Shown in pieces: positions 1 to 13,477 of a DNA stretch of 64,000 nucleotides. The notes beneath the pieces are model-generated. The model ran no database searches, was not told where the DNA came from, and saw only the letters and a list, made by a program, of their open reading frames with translations. Source of the stretch: the human T2T-CHM13v2.0 reference genome, Homo sapiens; the NCBI RefSeq assembly GCF_009914755.1, contig NC_060925.1; one strand, 5' to 3'. Every line of letters begins with the position of its first letter. Position 1 is the stretch's first letter. A program made the position numbers and the translations under genes.

Positions 1-410
1 ATAGATCTGAAGTTGAATTATGAGGAATTTGCCAGGCACTATCCTCAAGTACACCTGCTGCATAGCTCCTATAGAGGCAAAATCCTGGCAGGATTTTAAA
101 TTTTAATGATCAATTCTTTTTTCCTTCGTGTCTTGAATATTTATTGAACACCTAAGAGCAAGACACTGTGCAAGGCCTTAGGAATGTCATGGTGAAGAGG
201 ACAGTTGGGAGCCTTGCAAAGCTCAGGACTTCGTTGTTTATATTTGTTATGTTTTAACTATGATCCTAGCACCTAGAACTGGTTACTTGGCTTTGCCCTT
301 CAAAGGTCTAAAACATTTTCCAAAACTAAACTTCTCCACTTCTCTTCCCCTATTTACTCCTCCAAACAGAACAAAAAAGAAACAAAAAACCCCAAACAAA
401 ACAAATCCTC

Positions 411-823
411 TGATATGGTTTGAATCTGCGTCCCCCTCACAAATCTGATGTTCAATTTTAATCCTCATTGTTGAAGGTGGGGCCTGGTGGAAGGTGATTG
501 AATCGTGGAGGTGGTTTCTCACGGTTTAACACCATCCCACTTGGACCTATCATTGCAATAGTGCGTTCTCATGAGATCTAGTTGTTTCAAAGTGTGTGAC
601 ACCTCTCCGCACTCTCTCTTGCTCCTGCCCTGACCATGTCAGATATGCCTGCTTCTCCTTTGCCTTCCACCATGATTATAAGTTTCCTGAGACCTCCCCA
701 GAAGCAGAAGCCACTATACTTCCTGTACAGACTGCAAAACTGTGAGCCAGTCAAACCTCTTTTCTTTATGAGTTACTCAATCTCAGGTATTTTCTTTACA
801 TCAGTGTGAGAATGAACTGAAAT
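411..823 (+). mobile_element. MST-type (MaLR/ERVL) solo LTR
   Basis: Starts TGATATGGTTTG. Contains the MST hallmarks CATGAGATCTAGTTGTTT and GCCTTCCACCATGATTATAAGTTTCCTGAG, and the 3' AAACCTCTTTTCTTTAT...TCTCAGGTAT. Confidence 0.88.
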
Positions 824-962
824 CTGAAACTGAATTGTGTATACTTCCACCTTTAAGTTATAAGCAATTCTGTCCTCTTACTTGAAATACAATCCTCTCA
901 ATTACCCTTGACTTCTCTCTCACACCCAGTCTAACCCATCAGCAAATTCTGTGAGCTTTATC

Positions 963-1255
963 TTTTTGTTGTTGTTATTGAGACATGATATCACTCTGTT
1001 GCCCAGGGTGGAGTGCGGTAGCACCATCACAGCTCATTGCAGCCTCCACCTCCTAGACTCAAGGGTTCCTCCCATCTCAGCTTCCCAAGTAAATGGGACT
1101 ACAGGCACACACCACCACACTCAGGTAATTTTTGTATTTTTTGTAGAGTCTCACTGTATTGCCCAGGCTGATCTCCAACTCCGGGACTCAAGGGATCTCC
1201 CCACCTCAGCCTCCCAAAGTGCTAGGATTACAGGCATGAGCCACTCTGCCTGGCC
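963..1255 (-). mobile_element. AluJ
   Basis: Reverse Alu with J-type CACAGCTCATTGCAGCCTC, ending CCTGGCC. Degenerate TSD TGAGCTTTATCT / TGAACTCTATCT. Confidence 0.9.
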
Positions 1256-1885
1256 CATGAACTCTATCTTCACAATCTATTCAAAATCGCTTCACTTTTT
1301 ACTGCTACCACCACCTTGATACTGGTCCAAGCCACCATTATTGCCTTTCCTAGATTTCCCCATCTGTCTCTTACCTGGACTTTCTGCTCCCAATTTTGGC
1401 CTTATATAGTCCATGCTCAACACAGCAGTCAGAGTAATCATTTTAAGATGTAAATTGCATCATGACACTGCTCTAGTCAAAATTGTCTAATGACAATTCA
1501 TGTTCATTCAGAATTGAAGCCAAAGCTCTACCACTGACCCACAGATCCCTACATAACCTGAACTCACCTGTATCTGTTTAACTTCACCTTCTATAATTCC
1601 TCTTGCCCCACCTCCAAACTCAATTCAACTCTACTAGTGCAAGTGCTGGTCTCCTGGAGGACTTCAAGTTCCACCCTAATTTTCACAGGACATTGTCTGT
1701 CTCAGTTACCAGCTTAGCACTGGCACATGGCTTTTGCACTTCAGGTATCTGCTTAAATGTCACCTTATAAAAGGACCCTTTCTGACAACACTATTAAAAA
1801 AAGCTTCAGTCCTAAATTTGTCATTCCTTTTCCAAGGTCTTCATTTTCTCCACTGAATTTACTACCATCTGAGAAAATACATAGT

Positions 1886-1886
<1 letters not shown>

Positions 1887-1952
<66 letters not shown>
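1887..1952. repeat. Compound (TA)n(TG)n microsatellite
   Basis: Seen directly in the sequence. Confidence 0.97.
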
Positions 1953-2399
1953 TTATAAACTGAAACTCATTGTTATAGTTTATTACTATAAAAGGATACA
2001 GATTAAAATTAGTTAAGGGAAGAGACACACGAAGACTAATTCAAGAGAGTTCAAATGTGAAGACTCTAGTTGTCCATTTTCAGCAGAGAAATAGTGTTAA
2101 CTCCTCCTGGCAACAAGATATATATATATATTATATATATCTTTCTTGATAGATTGTAAGAGTCATAAGGGTAGAAACTTTTGTCTGATTTGAACTCTTT
2201 ACTGTGGGATACACAGCATATAGACCAGTGCCTGGCATATAGCAAACAATAATGTTCACTAAATGATTAAATCAGTGAATCAATCGGTAAGTCTATCAAT
2301 TCTGAATGGCAAATAAATAAAAACCCTGTAAACTAATAAGACAGACAAGATAATTGCCTTTTGAAGCTTGCAGTCTAAAAAGAAAGATAGTTAATCAAT

Positions 2400-2547
2400 T
2401 ATATGTATGTGAGTATATGTATATATATACACACACATATGTATGTACATATATACATGAAAATATGTGTGTATATATACACACATATATACACGCATAC
2501 ACACACATCACACACATATATGTCATGATATACAGATATACATATAC
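2400..2547. repeat. Degenerate (TA/CA)n purine-pyrimidine low-complexity tract
   Basis: Alternating TATG/TACA/CACA units. Confidence 0.85.
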
Positions 2548-2719
2548 AGTAGCATGAATTAGATCCATTGTAGAAAACTGAACATGTGACTTGCCTTAAC
2601 GTGGCTGCCTGCACAATTTTCTTTGCATTAGAAATGAAAGCATTTCCCAAGAAGACCTATCCTAAGAGAGCTGGGAATCAGGCAAACAAATGTGTGTCAT
2701 TACTAAGTACAAATTTGGA

Positions 2720-3621
2720 GAAGAGTCCACAAGAACACCCTCATTCTGACATCACTTGTAGAATTTAGAGGTTCTCATGACTCCTCTCAGTTGTGATAAT
2801 TCACTAAAAGGACTCACAAACCTCACTGAAAGCTATGAAACTCATGGTTCTAGTTTATTACTATGAAAGAATACAGACTAAAATCGGTTAAGGGAAGAAA
2901 CATATGAGGGCCAGTTCAGGAGAGTTCAAATGTGAAGCTTCTAGTTGCCCATATTCAGTAGAGAAATATTGTTAACTCCTCCTACTTACAATGTGAACAT
3001 ATGCATGGAGTATTACCAACTGGGGAAGTTCATTCGAGCCTTGATGTCCAGAGGTTTTATTGGAGTTCAGTCTTATAGACCTGGCTGATCTTCAATGGTT
3101 CCGACTTCACTCTCCAGACCCTCCAGAAGTCAAGCTAGTAATGTGTAACTCAAACTCTCTAACATAAATCACATTGTTAGCATTGATTATTTGAAGTGGC
3201 CCAAGGCCTCCAGGTTAAAAACAAAAAAACACTTTTATCAAGCAGGACATTCTAAGAGCTTAAGGATTACCTCTAAGGAGCCCATGGCAGAGGCCATACA
3301 TCTCCTAGGGTAAGATATTTTTTTTTTTTTTTGAGATGGAGTCTTTCTCTGTTGCCTAGGCTGGAGTGCAGTGGCATGATTTTGACTTACTGCAACCTCT
3401 GCCTCCAGGTTCAAGCAGTTCTCTGCCTCAGCCTCCTGAGTAGCTGGGATTACAAGCACCTGCTAATTTTTTTGTATTTTTAGTAGAGATGGGGTTTCGC
3501 CATCTTGGCCAGGCTGTCCTTGAACTCCTGACCTCGCAATCCACCCACCTCAGGCTCCCAAAGTGCTGGGATTACAGGCATGAACAACGGCCCCCTGCCA
3601 GGTTAAAATTTTTTACTGCAC
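2720..3621 (-). mobile_element. MER21-family LTR, interrupted near its end by an Alu
   Basis: GATAATTCACTAAAAGGACTCACAAACCTCACTGAAAGC...TTTATTAC...ATACAGACTAAAATC and ACTTTTATCAAGCAGGACATTCTAAGAGCTTAAGGATTACCTC resemble the MER21/MER77 group. It ends TTTACTGCACA. Confidence 0.65.
3318..3599 (-). mobile_element. AluS
   Basis: Poly-T followed by a reverse Alu dimer. Confidence 0.92.
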
Positions 3622-4000
3622 ATGAAGCTTTATTAGTAAAAGGAGATGATTCCTTTGAAGTATAACATTGTTCTTGTTATGTTCATTATTTTTTTTTTTT
3701 TTTGCATTCCAATGCCTGTGTCTGCTCAAAACCTTGTCCATCTTCTATGAATACAATACTCTTCATTTAGGGAACTTCTAATTTCACTTCAACCAAATGG
3801 TGAGAATAGGAGAAATGTTTCTATAAACCTGCCATCCTGACTGTAGTTGAATTTTTTTTAAATTGAGAAAAGGAAAACAGAGAACTTTTCTGATGAAAGA
3901 CAAGACATGAAACCACAGGACTCCTAGTGGACAGACAATTCTAGTGAACAGAGGCTCTGAAACAAAACATCCTAGATGTAAATTTTGACTTTGCCACTTT

Positions 4001-4428
4001 ATTCTTTCTCCCTCCCTCCCTCCCTTCTTTCCTTCCTCTCTCCCTCCCTCCCTCCCTCTCTTCCACCCTCCCTCTCTTTCTCTCTTTCTTTCTTTTCTTT
4101 CTTTTTTTTTTTTTTTTTGAGACAGAGTCTCACTCTGTTGCCCAGGCTGGAGTGCAGTGGTGTTATCTCGGTTCACTGCAACTTCCACCTTCCGGGTTCA
4201 AGCCATTACCCCGGATTCTAGCAACGTCCTTAAGCCTCCATGGTTCAAGCCTCCCTAGTAGCTGGGATTACAGGCTTGCACCACAATGCCCAGCTAATTT
4301 TTGTATTTTAGTAGAGATGGGGTTCTGCCGTGTTGGCCAGGCTGGTCTCGAACTCCTGACCTCAAGCGATTCACCCGCCTTGGCCTCCCAAAGTGTTGGG
4401 ATTACAGGCGTGAGCCACCACGCCCAGC
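4001..4428 (-). mobile_element. AluS with CT-rich expanded tail and an internal ~35-bp insertion (probably chimeric)
   Basis: Reverse Alu containing the non-consensus GGATTCTAGCAACGTCCTTAAGCCTCCATGGTTCAAG. Confidence 0.9.
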
Positions 4429-4822
4429 AATGTTAAACTTTTTACTACACATGAAGCTCTATTAGTAAAAGGAGATGATTCCTTTGAAGTATAACATTGT
4501 TCTTGTTATTTGGATTATTTTTTTTCCATTCCAATGCCTGTGTCTACTGAGAACATTGTCCATCTTCTATGAATACAATATTCTTCACTTTGGGAACTTC
4601 TAATTTCACTTCAACCAGATGGTGAGAATAGGAGAAATGTTTCTATAAACCTGCCATCCTGACTGTAGTTGAAATTTTTTTAAATTGACAAAAGGAAAAC
4701 GGAGAACTTTTCTGATGAAAGACAAGACATGAAACCACAGGACTTCTAGTGGACAGACAATTCTAGTGAACACAGGCTCTGAAACAAAACATCTTAGAAG
4801 TAAATTTTGACTATGCCACTTT

Positions 4823-5320
<498 letters not shown>

Positions 5321-6132
5321 TGAATAATGATAATTTATTGCCTCTAAGATAGTTACAAAATTATGAGTGATAGGTTGGGCAATTCGAATTTTGAATATAC
5401 ACTTTGTGTTAATTCTTTTTGTTATTGCCAAGAAAGGTGGTTTTTCAGTAGAAGGTAATAAAGACAGAATTAAAAATAATTTTATTCGGATTAATTTGTA
5501 ATATTTACCCAAAGGATACATTTTAAGACAAAAATAATTTGTCTTGGCTGATTAAAAAATTATGCTAGAGTAGTCCTATAACAACTTTCAAGTATTTAAA
5601 AGTCTTCCCACAGAGAAAACATCAAACCCAGATAATTTTACATGTGAGTTTAATCAAATTTTTAAAGAATATATCATTTAAATCCATTTTATATGAATAT
5701 TGAGAATGGGGGAAGAAAAGCAACCTGACCTATAAGATTTGTACAACATGGAAACTAAAATTAAGCAAAAATGGTGTAAATAAAAGATAAATGTCAAATC
5801 CACTAGTGTATAAGAAAATAAAAATCCATTGATGTATAGGAAAAAAGCAGTTTTAATTTATCACAAGAATTCAACTTGAAACAACTATGAACTTAGAAAA
5901 TTTTCAAGTGAATTTATCACCCTAAGTGGCTAAAAGGGAAAAAAATGGAATCACTTCAATAGATACAGAAAAGAATTGTTTGATGAAACTCAGTGTTCAT
6001 TTCTAATTTCTAAAAGTATGATATTTTAAAACATCTTTAGAATGATAACGTGTTAAATTTAAGCATCCGTAGAAACTATCAGTCTTAATAGAAAACATTA
6101 GTCATATCGCTTTAAAATCAGGAAAAAGACGA

Positions 6133-6465
<333 letters not shown>

Positions 6466-6548
6466 TCAGGAAAAAGACAAAAATGACTTTTATTTTCACT
6501 TCTTTGAAAGTTGTGCTGAAAACCTGGCACAGTAAGAAAAAGAAGTAT

Positions 6549-7205
6549 GGCCAGGAGTGGTGGCTCATGCTTGTAACCCAGCACTTTGGGAGGCCAAAGT
6601 GGGCAGATCACTTGAGGTTGGGAGTTCAAGACCAGCCTGGCCAAAATGATGAAACCCCATCTCTAATAAAAATACAAAAATTAGGCTGGGCGCAGCGGCT
6701 CACGCCTGTAATCCCAACAGTTTGGGAGGCCGAGGTGGGTGGATCACCTGAGGTCAGGAGTTTGAGACCAGCCTGGCCAAAATGGCAAAACCCCGTCTCT
6801 ACTAAAAATACAAAGATTAGCTGGACATGGTGGCATAGGCATGTAATCTCAGCTACTCAGGAGGCTGAGACAGGAGAATTGCCGGAATCCAGGAGGCGGA
6901 GGTTGCAGTGAGCCGAGATCTCGCCATTGCACTACAACCCAGGTGAAAAGAGTGAGACTCCATCTCAGAAAAATAAATAAATAAAAATAAATAAAAAAAA
7001 ATTAGCCAGGCTTGGTGGTGCGCCCCTGTAATCCCAGCTACTGGGGAGGCTGAGGCAGGAGAATTGCTGAACCTGGAAGGCCGATGTTGCAGTGAACTGA
7101 AATCACCCCCTTGCACTCCAGCCTGGATGACAGGACAAGACTCTGTCTCAAAACTAAACAAAAAAAAAAAAAAAAAAGAAAAAGAAAAGAAAAGAAATGA
7201 AAGAA
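6549..7205 (+). mobile_element. AluS split at its central A-rich linker by a second Alu
   Basis: The left arm is 6549-6683 and the right arm resumes at about 7001 (ATTAGCCAGG). TSD AAGAAAAAGAAGTA. Confidence 0.9.
6684..7000 (+). mobile_element. AluS (Sq/Sx-like) nested in another Alu
   Basis: Complete dimer GGCTGGGCGCAGCGGCTCACGCC...CATCTCAGAAAAAT, flanked by AAAAATTA. Confidence 0.92.
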
Positions 7206-7386
7206 AAAGAAGTACAATATGTTAGGATTGAAAAGAATAAACAAAGCTGCTATTATGTATATATTATTACACATGTATATAACGTATGAATTATTCAAAA
7301 TAATAAGAAAGATGGACAAAGTAGATCGATACAGACTCAATATATAAAAGTCAAATGCATTTTGCTCCATTAAAAAATACCACTTG

Positions 7387-7645
7387 GGCCAGATGTGGTG
7401 GCTCACTCCTGTAATCCCTGCACTTTGGGAGGCTGACGTAGGTGGATTACGAGGTCAAGAGATCAAGACCAAACCTGCCAACATGGTGAATCCCCATCTT
7501 ACTGAAAAATACAAAAATGAACTGGGCATGGTGGCAGGCGCCTGTAGTTCCAGCTACTCGGGAGGCTGAGCCGAGATCGTGCCACTGCACTTCAGCCTGG
7601 CGACAGAGCGAGACTCCATCTCAAACAAAACAAAACAAAACAAAG
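7387..7645 (+). mobile_element. AluSc-like element with a ~45-50-bp right-arm deletion and (AAAAC)n tail
   Basis: GGATTACGAGGTCAAGAGATC is diagnostic. The junction GGAGGCTGAG|CCGAGATC skips the GCAGGAGAAT...GCAGTGAG segment. Confidence 0.88.
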
Positions 7646-9404
7646 CACTTACCATTTACAAGAAATACAGGTAACAGTATATATAATAAAAATTGGAAGA
7701 CCTGCCTAGAAAATATTATGAAATATAATGGAAGTCATTAAATAAAATTTAAATGAATGGTGAGTTATACTGAGTTTAAGCCTGCCATTTCTCCACAAAC
7801 TGATCCACAGATTCAATAAAGTTCTAAACAAAATCTCAATAGAGTTTGAAAAAACAACAGAAATGTCCCTGAGGTTGGTAACAAGTAAGATGCCTGACAA
7901 TACCAAGTGGTGGTGTGGATGTAAATCGAGTGAAAGTGTATATTTTGCTTCATTGACTTAGCAAAAAAATGATGCCTAACACTCAGCAATTATATTTCTA
8001 GACATATAGGCCAAGAAACTTGCACACCTGCCCTGGGAGACAAATACAAAGTGGGTTATAGCAGCTTTGTTTGCAGCACTATAAACAAACAAAAAATAAA
8101 AACAAAAACTTGAAAATGACCTCCATGAATATATGGAGAACTAAAAATTAAACTGAAGTATATTCAAATAACATAATATTTTTCAGTAATGTAAAGAAAT
8201 AAAGGTATAAGTCTTAGAAACAATGAAGAAAGAGAAAAATAAAAAGAGAAAGAGAAAAAAGATAACAAAGTATAATACCATTTTTATAAATTTCAAAAAC
8301 AAACTGATTTGTTGTTCAGGGATAGATACATGCATGCTAAAATCATTAATGGAAAAAGCATACACAAGAAAATTTAGGGTACTGGTACTTCGGGGTGAAA
8401 GATTAAAAGTAAGAGATACAGGAGGATCAGTTAGTACATATAGTGGTATCTGGTTTATTATTATGCTTTAAAATATGTAAGTGTTTATACATGGTCTTTC
8501 ATCTGTATCAAATATTTTATAATACAAATAATTTATAAAATTTTATAAACAATGTAGTTGTGAGTAAATAATGCTTGCTATAAATTGAAGGGGATCTGTG
8601 TTCTAAAACTATTAAAATCATACTATATAACTTAATTTTTCCTATACTATTGACCCAGGGTATCCTCCCTCTCTTTAAAACTCTTACAGCATTTATCATA
8701 GTTATATCCACTCAGCAGGCAGCCAATGAATATTAAATGACAGCAATTATGACATTTATACTTATGTTAATTTCTATTGTATTCTTTAGGTTGATGTTAC
8801 TTGGACAATTTGTTCTCTCATTTGGCTATTCTAGTGAGGTTGAGTTGCAGTAAGCTAGAGTTTTTTAGTTCATGTCAATGTAGGACCCATGATTAATTAC
8901 ACATAAAGAACAACTCGCTTTCAGTTCAATAAATTTCACACCTGACCTTTTTATTAGAATCTATATATTTTTTTAAATTAAACACCTTTAAACTAGAAAT
9001 TACAAGGTACTTCATGAATATTGACTCATTGGTTTCCATAAAATTTCAAGAGCGGTTGTTAATATTACTATCCTAATATAAATCTAAAAATCTTAATTTT
9101 TATAAAGGTGTGTAATTGGAAGTAAATTAGGCATAAGTTGTTATAGGAGTGGTTTCAAGTATTTGGTAAATGAATTATTAATCCTTCCAAATACTTCGTC
9201 TGCACTCAGTCTGTTAAAAAGCAGTGTCAACATTTCTTGACAAGGAAATTTGATATTGTTGTATAAAAAATTATAAACACCTCAATAGATTATCTCAACA
9301 CTCAAAAATTAGACACTAAAATTATTATCTCTAGGGCATAGAGATGCCACACTTTGTGGCTAATTACTGACATGTTTCTTCCTAGAAGCCATAATCCACA
9401 TGTA

Positions 9405-9605
9405 GAGCACAGGCTTTGCATTCAGAAACCCTAGTTTTGAATCTTCCTTTTGCTACTTACAAGTTCTGTGATGCTGGGCAACTGAGCTTTGCTTTTATCA
9501 GGGAATGTAAACACTATATCTGCCTCATAGTTTTGCTATAAGCATTAAATGCAATGATGCATATCAAGCACAATTCCAGCATGTAGTAATTTCAGTAATG
9601 GTAGC
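9405..9605 (+). mobile_element. MIR
   Basis: AGAGCACAGGCTTTGCATTCAGAAACCCTAGTTTTGAATC...TGCCTCATAG...ATTAAATG. Confidence 0.65.
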
Positions 9606-9942
9606 AATTTTCAGTCATTGTTTCATAATAAACCTGCAAATGCTAATATGGAATATGTCCACCTAGACCCATGTTTATGATAGAATTGATTAATAAAGAC
9701 AAAAATTTAGATTAAAAAATTTACCTTTCTGAAAAGAAATAGACTTCAGCTGACAGATTGTGTTTGAGACTAGTGCTAGACAAAATTATGATATAGTAAT
9801 TCAGTCTCTATCCTAATTTCACTTCTACTTTTGCCATTCCTTTGATTTGAACCCTTTGCTGGATCTCCTGCTTCCAGCACTCTCCCAAACACCAATTACT
9901 CTTTTTACATCTAACCCCTCACATTATGCATTATTACATTAG

Positions 9943-10272
<330 letters not shown>

Positions 10273-10447
10273 ATATCTGAACTTTGATATCAACACACAA
10301 GAGAGTGAATCACTTAGGTTGAAATTTTATTAATGAACAGATCATTAGGTGATATGTCATCACTTTGAGCTGCCTGTTCAATCTTTCTCTTGTCTTTTTG
10401 TTTTAAGTGTTGATAGTGAGGTGACTAGGATAGTTATACATACATAT

Positions 10448-12818
10448 TGATATGGTTTGGATTTGTGTCCCTGCCCAAATTGTATGTTGAATTAAATCCC
10501 CAATGTTGGAGGAGGGACCTGGTGAGAGGTGATTGGATCATGGGGGTGGATTCCCCATTTCTGTTCTCATGATACTAAGTGCACTTTCATGGGATCTGGT
10601 TGTTTAAAATTATGTAGCAACTTCCTATTCTCTCTTCTTTTCCAACCATGTAAGACATCCTTGCTTTCCCTTTGCCTTCTGCCATGATTGTCAGTTCCCT
10701 GAGGCCTCCCTGGTCATGCTTTCTGTACAGGCTGTGGAAATGTGAGTCAATTAAATCTCTTTTCTTTACAAATTACCCAGTCTCAGGTTTTTCTTTATAG
10801 CAAAGCAAGAATGGACTGATACAGAAAATTGGTACTAGGAGTAGGGTATTACTCTAAAGATGCCTGTAAATGTGGAAGCAACTTTGAAACTGGGTAATGG
10901 GCAGAGGATGGAAGAATGTGGATGGCTAGGAAGAAGACAGGAAGATGAGGGAAAGTTTGGAACTTCCTAGACTTGTTAAATTGTTGTGACCAAAATGCTG
11001 CTAGCAATATGGACAGTGAAGTCCAGGCTGAGAATGTCTCAGAGGAGATGAGGAACTTATTGGAAATTGGAGCAAAGGTCACTTTTATTATGCATTAACA
11101 AAGAGATTGGAAGCATTGTTCTTCTGCCCTAGAGAGATGTGAAACTTTGAACTTGAGAGAGATGATTTAGGGTGTCTAGCAGAAAAAAATTTTAAGCAGT
11201 AAAGTTTTCAATATGCAGCCTGTCTGCTTCCAACAGCATAAGCTTATATGCATGAGCAAAAAAATGATCTGAAACTGAAATATATTTAAAAGTAAAGCAG
11301 ATCATAAAAGTTTGGAAAATTTGCAGCCTGGCCATGTGGTAGAAAAGAAAATCCCATTTTCAAAGGGAGGAATTCAAGCAGGCTGCAGAAATTTGCCAAA
11401 GGATGGAGGAGCCAAATGCTAATAGCCAAGACAATGGGGTAAAAACCTTAAAGGCACTTCAGAGACCTTTGCATCAGTCTCTTCAGTCACAGGTCCAGTG
11501 GCCTAGGAGGGAAGAACAGTTTCATGGGTTGGGCAGAGGGCCCCACTGCCCTGCACAACCTTGGGACACTGCTCCCTGCATCCCAGCTGTTCCAGCTCCT
11601 GCAGTAGCTAAGAGGGCCCCAGATACATCGCAGGCCACTGCTGCAGAGGGTTCAAGCCATAAGCATTGGTGGCTTCCATGTGTTGTTAAACCTGCAGGTG
11701 TGAAAAGGGCAAGAGTTGATGCTTGGAAGCCTCTGCCTAGAGCCTGAAGGATGTATGAAAAATGCCTGGATGTTCAGGCAGAAGTCTGCTGCAGAGGTGG
11801 AGCCCTCATAGAGAACCTCTACTAGGGCAGTGAAGAGGGGAAATGTGGGATTCGAGCCCACATACAGAGTCCCCACTGGGGAACCTGCCTAGTGGAGCTG
11901 TGGGAGGAGGGTCACCATCCTCCAGACCCCAGAATGGTAGATCCACTGAGAGTTTGCACTGTGTGCCTAGAAGAGCTATGGACACTCAATGGCAGGCCTT
12001 GAGAGCAAGCTTGGGATCTGAGCCCTGCAGAGCCACAGGGGCAAAATTTCCCCAGAGCTTGGAATCCCACCTCTTGCATCAGTGTGGCCTGGATATGAGA
12101 CATGGAGTCAAAGGAGGTTACTATGGAGCTTTAAGATTTAATGATTGCTTGGCTGGATTGTGAACTTTCATGGGGCCTGTAACACTTTGTTTTGGCTGAT
12201 TTCTCCTTTTGGAGAGGGAATATGTACCCAATGCCTATACCCTCATTGTACCTTGGAAGTCACTAACTCTTCAGATTAACAGTCTCATAGGCAGAAGGGA
12301 CTTAACTTGTCTCAGATGAGACTTTGAGTTAATGCTGAAATAAGGTAAGAATTGGGGACTATTGAAGAGTTAAAATTGTATTTTGCAATGTGAGAAAGAT
12401 GTGAAATTTGGGAATTGCCAAGTGCAGAATCATATGGTTTGGATTTGTGACCCTGCACAAATCTCATGTCAAATTGTAATTCCTAATGTTAGAGGAAGGG
12501 CCTAGTGGGAGGTGATTGGATCATGGAGGCAGACTTCCCCCTTGCTATTCTTGTGATAGTGAATGCGTTCTCATAAGATCTGGTTGTTTAAAGGTGTGTA
12601 GCACCTCCTCCCCTGTCTCTTTCTCCTTCTCCAGCCATGTAAGACTTGACTGTTTCCCTTTTGCCTTCTGTCATGATTATAAGTTTCCTGAGGACTCCAA
12701 GCCATGCTTTCTGTACAGCTTGTGGAACTGTGAGTCAATGAAACCTCTTTTTTTCTTTTTTACAAGTTACTCAGTCTCAGGTAGGTAGGTCTATAGCAAG
12801 ACCAATGTGAGAACAGAC

Positions 12819-12824
<6 letters not shown>
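10448..12824 (+). mobile_element. Complete MST (MaLR) provirus: LTR 10448-10823, internal region 10824-12429, LTR 12430-12824
   Basis: Two homologous MST LTRs flank a THE1/MST-int sequence (GAAAATTGGTAC..., AATGTGGAAGCAACTTTGAAACTGGGTAATGGGCAGAGG, CCAGACCCCAGAATGGTAGATCCAC). There is no intact long ORF. Confidence 0.93.

Positions 12825-12860
<36 letters not shown>
12821..12860. repeat. (CA)n microsatellite at the MST 3' LTR terminus
   Basis: Seen directly; about 20 units. Confidence 0.97.
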
Positions 12861-12863
<3 letters not shown>

Positions 12864-13477
12864 ATTATTTTGATCAATGAGAAAAGTTAAGTCATTTAGC
12901 TTGCAAATGCAAAATGTAACTCTGAGTAAGCTTTGGACCGTTTTCAGTTAAAGCAACCTCCCCAAGTTTTGCACATTTTCTGAAAATATGTGCACATTTT
13001 TAGGTTTCTCCTGAACTTTTCCCAGGACCTTTCTGCCTACATATTTCTTCTAATGTTGTCCTGTATCATTTAATGCAGCCATTCCTAATGCAATGACTGA
13101 TCAGAAAAATAGAAGTATCCTGACTGGCTGTATTCACCCTTCCAACTTGGGCTGGGTAGGGTTGGTTTCTGCTTTGGGAAACTTCTATGTCCTGGCCACG
13201 TACCTATAGATTTCCTTCTCTGGGCTGATTTGCCTACAAATTTCTCACAGATTGAGGCACTTTATTCTTCTTTCACAGCATATTAAAAATACTTTTATTA
13301 CAGCATATCTGTGCTGTATTGAAATTGTATGTTAACTACCTCATTTTTTTAAAGTGACCTCCCAAGTTTCTGAGCTGTATCTTTCCATTTCTGTGTCTTA
13401 AGAGCCTTGTAGAGGAGGTTCTTTACATGCAGTAAAGTTTGTGAAAGATTGAAAAATTGACTTTCCTCTGTCCAAAG

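Larger units (their letters stand above)
860..2285 (+). mobile_element. Degraded L2 LINE 3' region, interrupted by an AluJ, a microsatellite and an LTR fragment
   Basis: L2 motifs CTGGTCCAAGCCACCATT, CACAGCAGTCAGAGTAATC and the terminal CAGTGCCTGGCATATAG...AAATGATTAAAT. Boundaries are approximate. Confidence 0.65.

Noticed and set aside
11403-12163. ORFs of 106-114 aa
   Set aside because: They are fragments of the decayed MaLR internal ORF, not a host gene.
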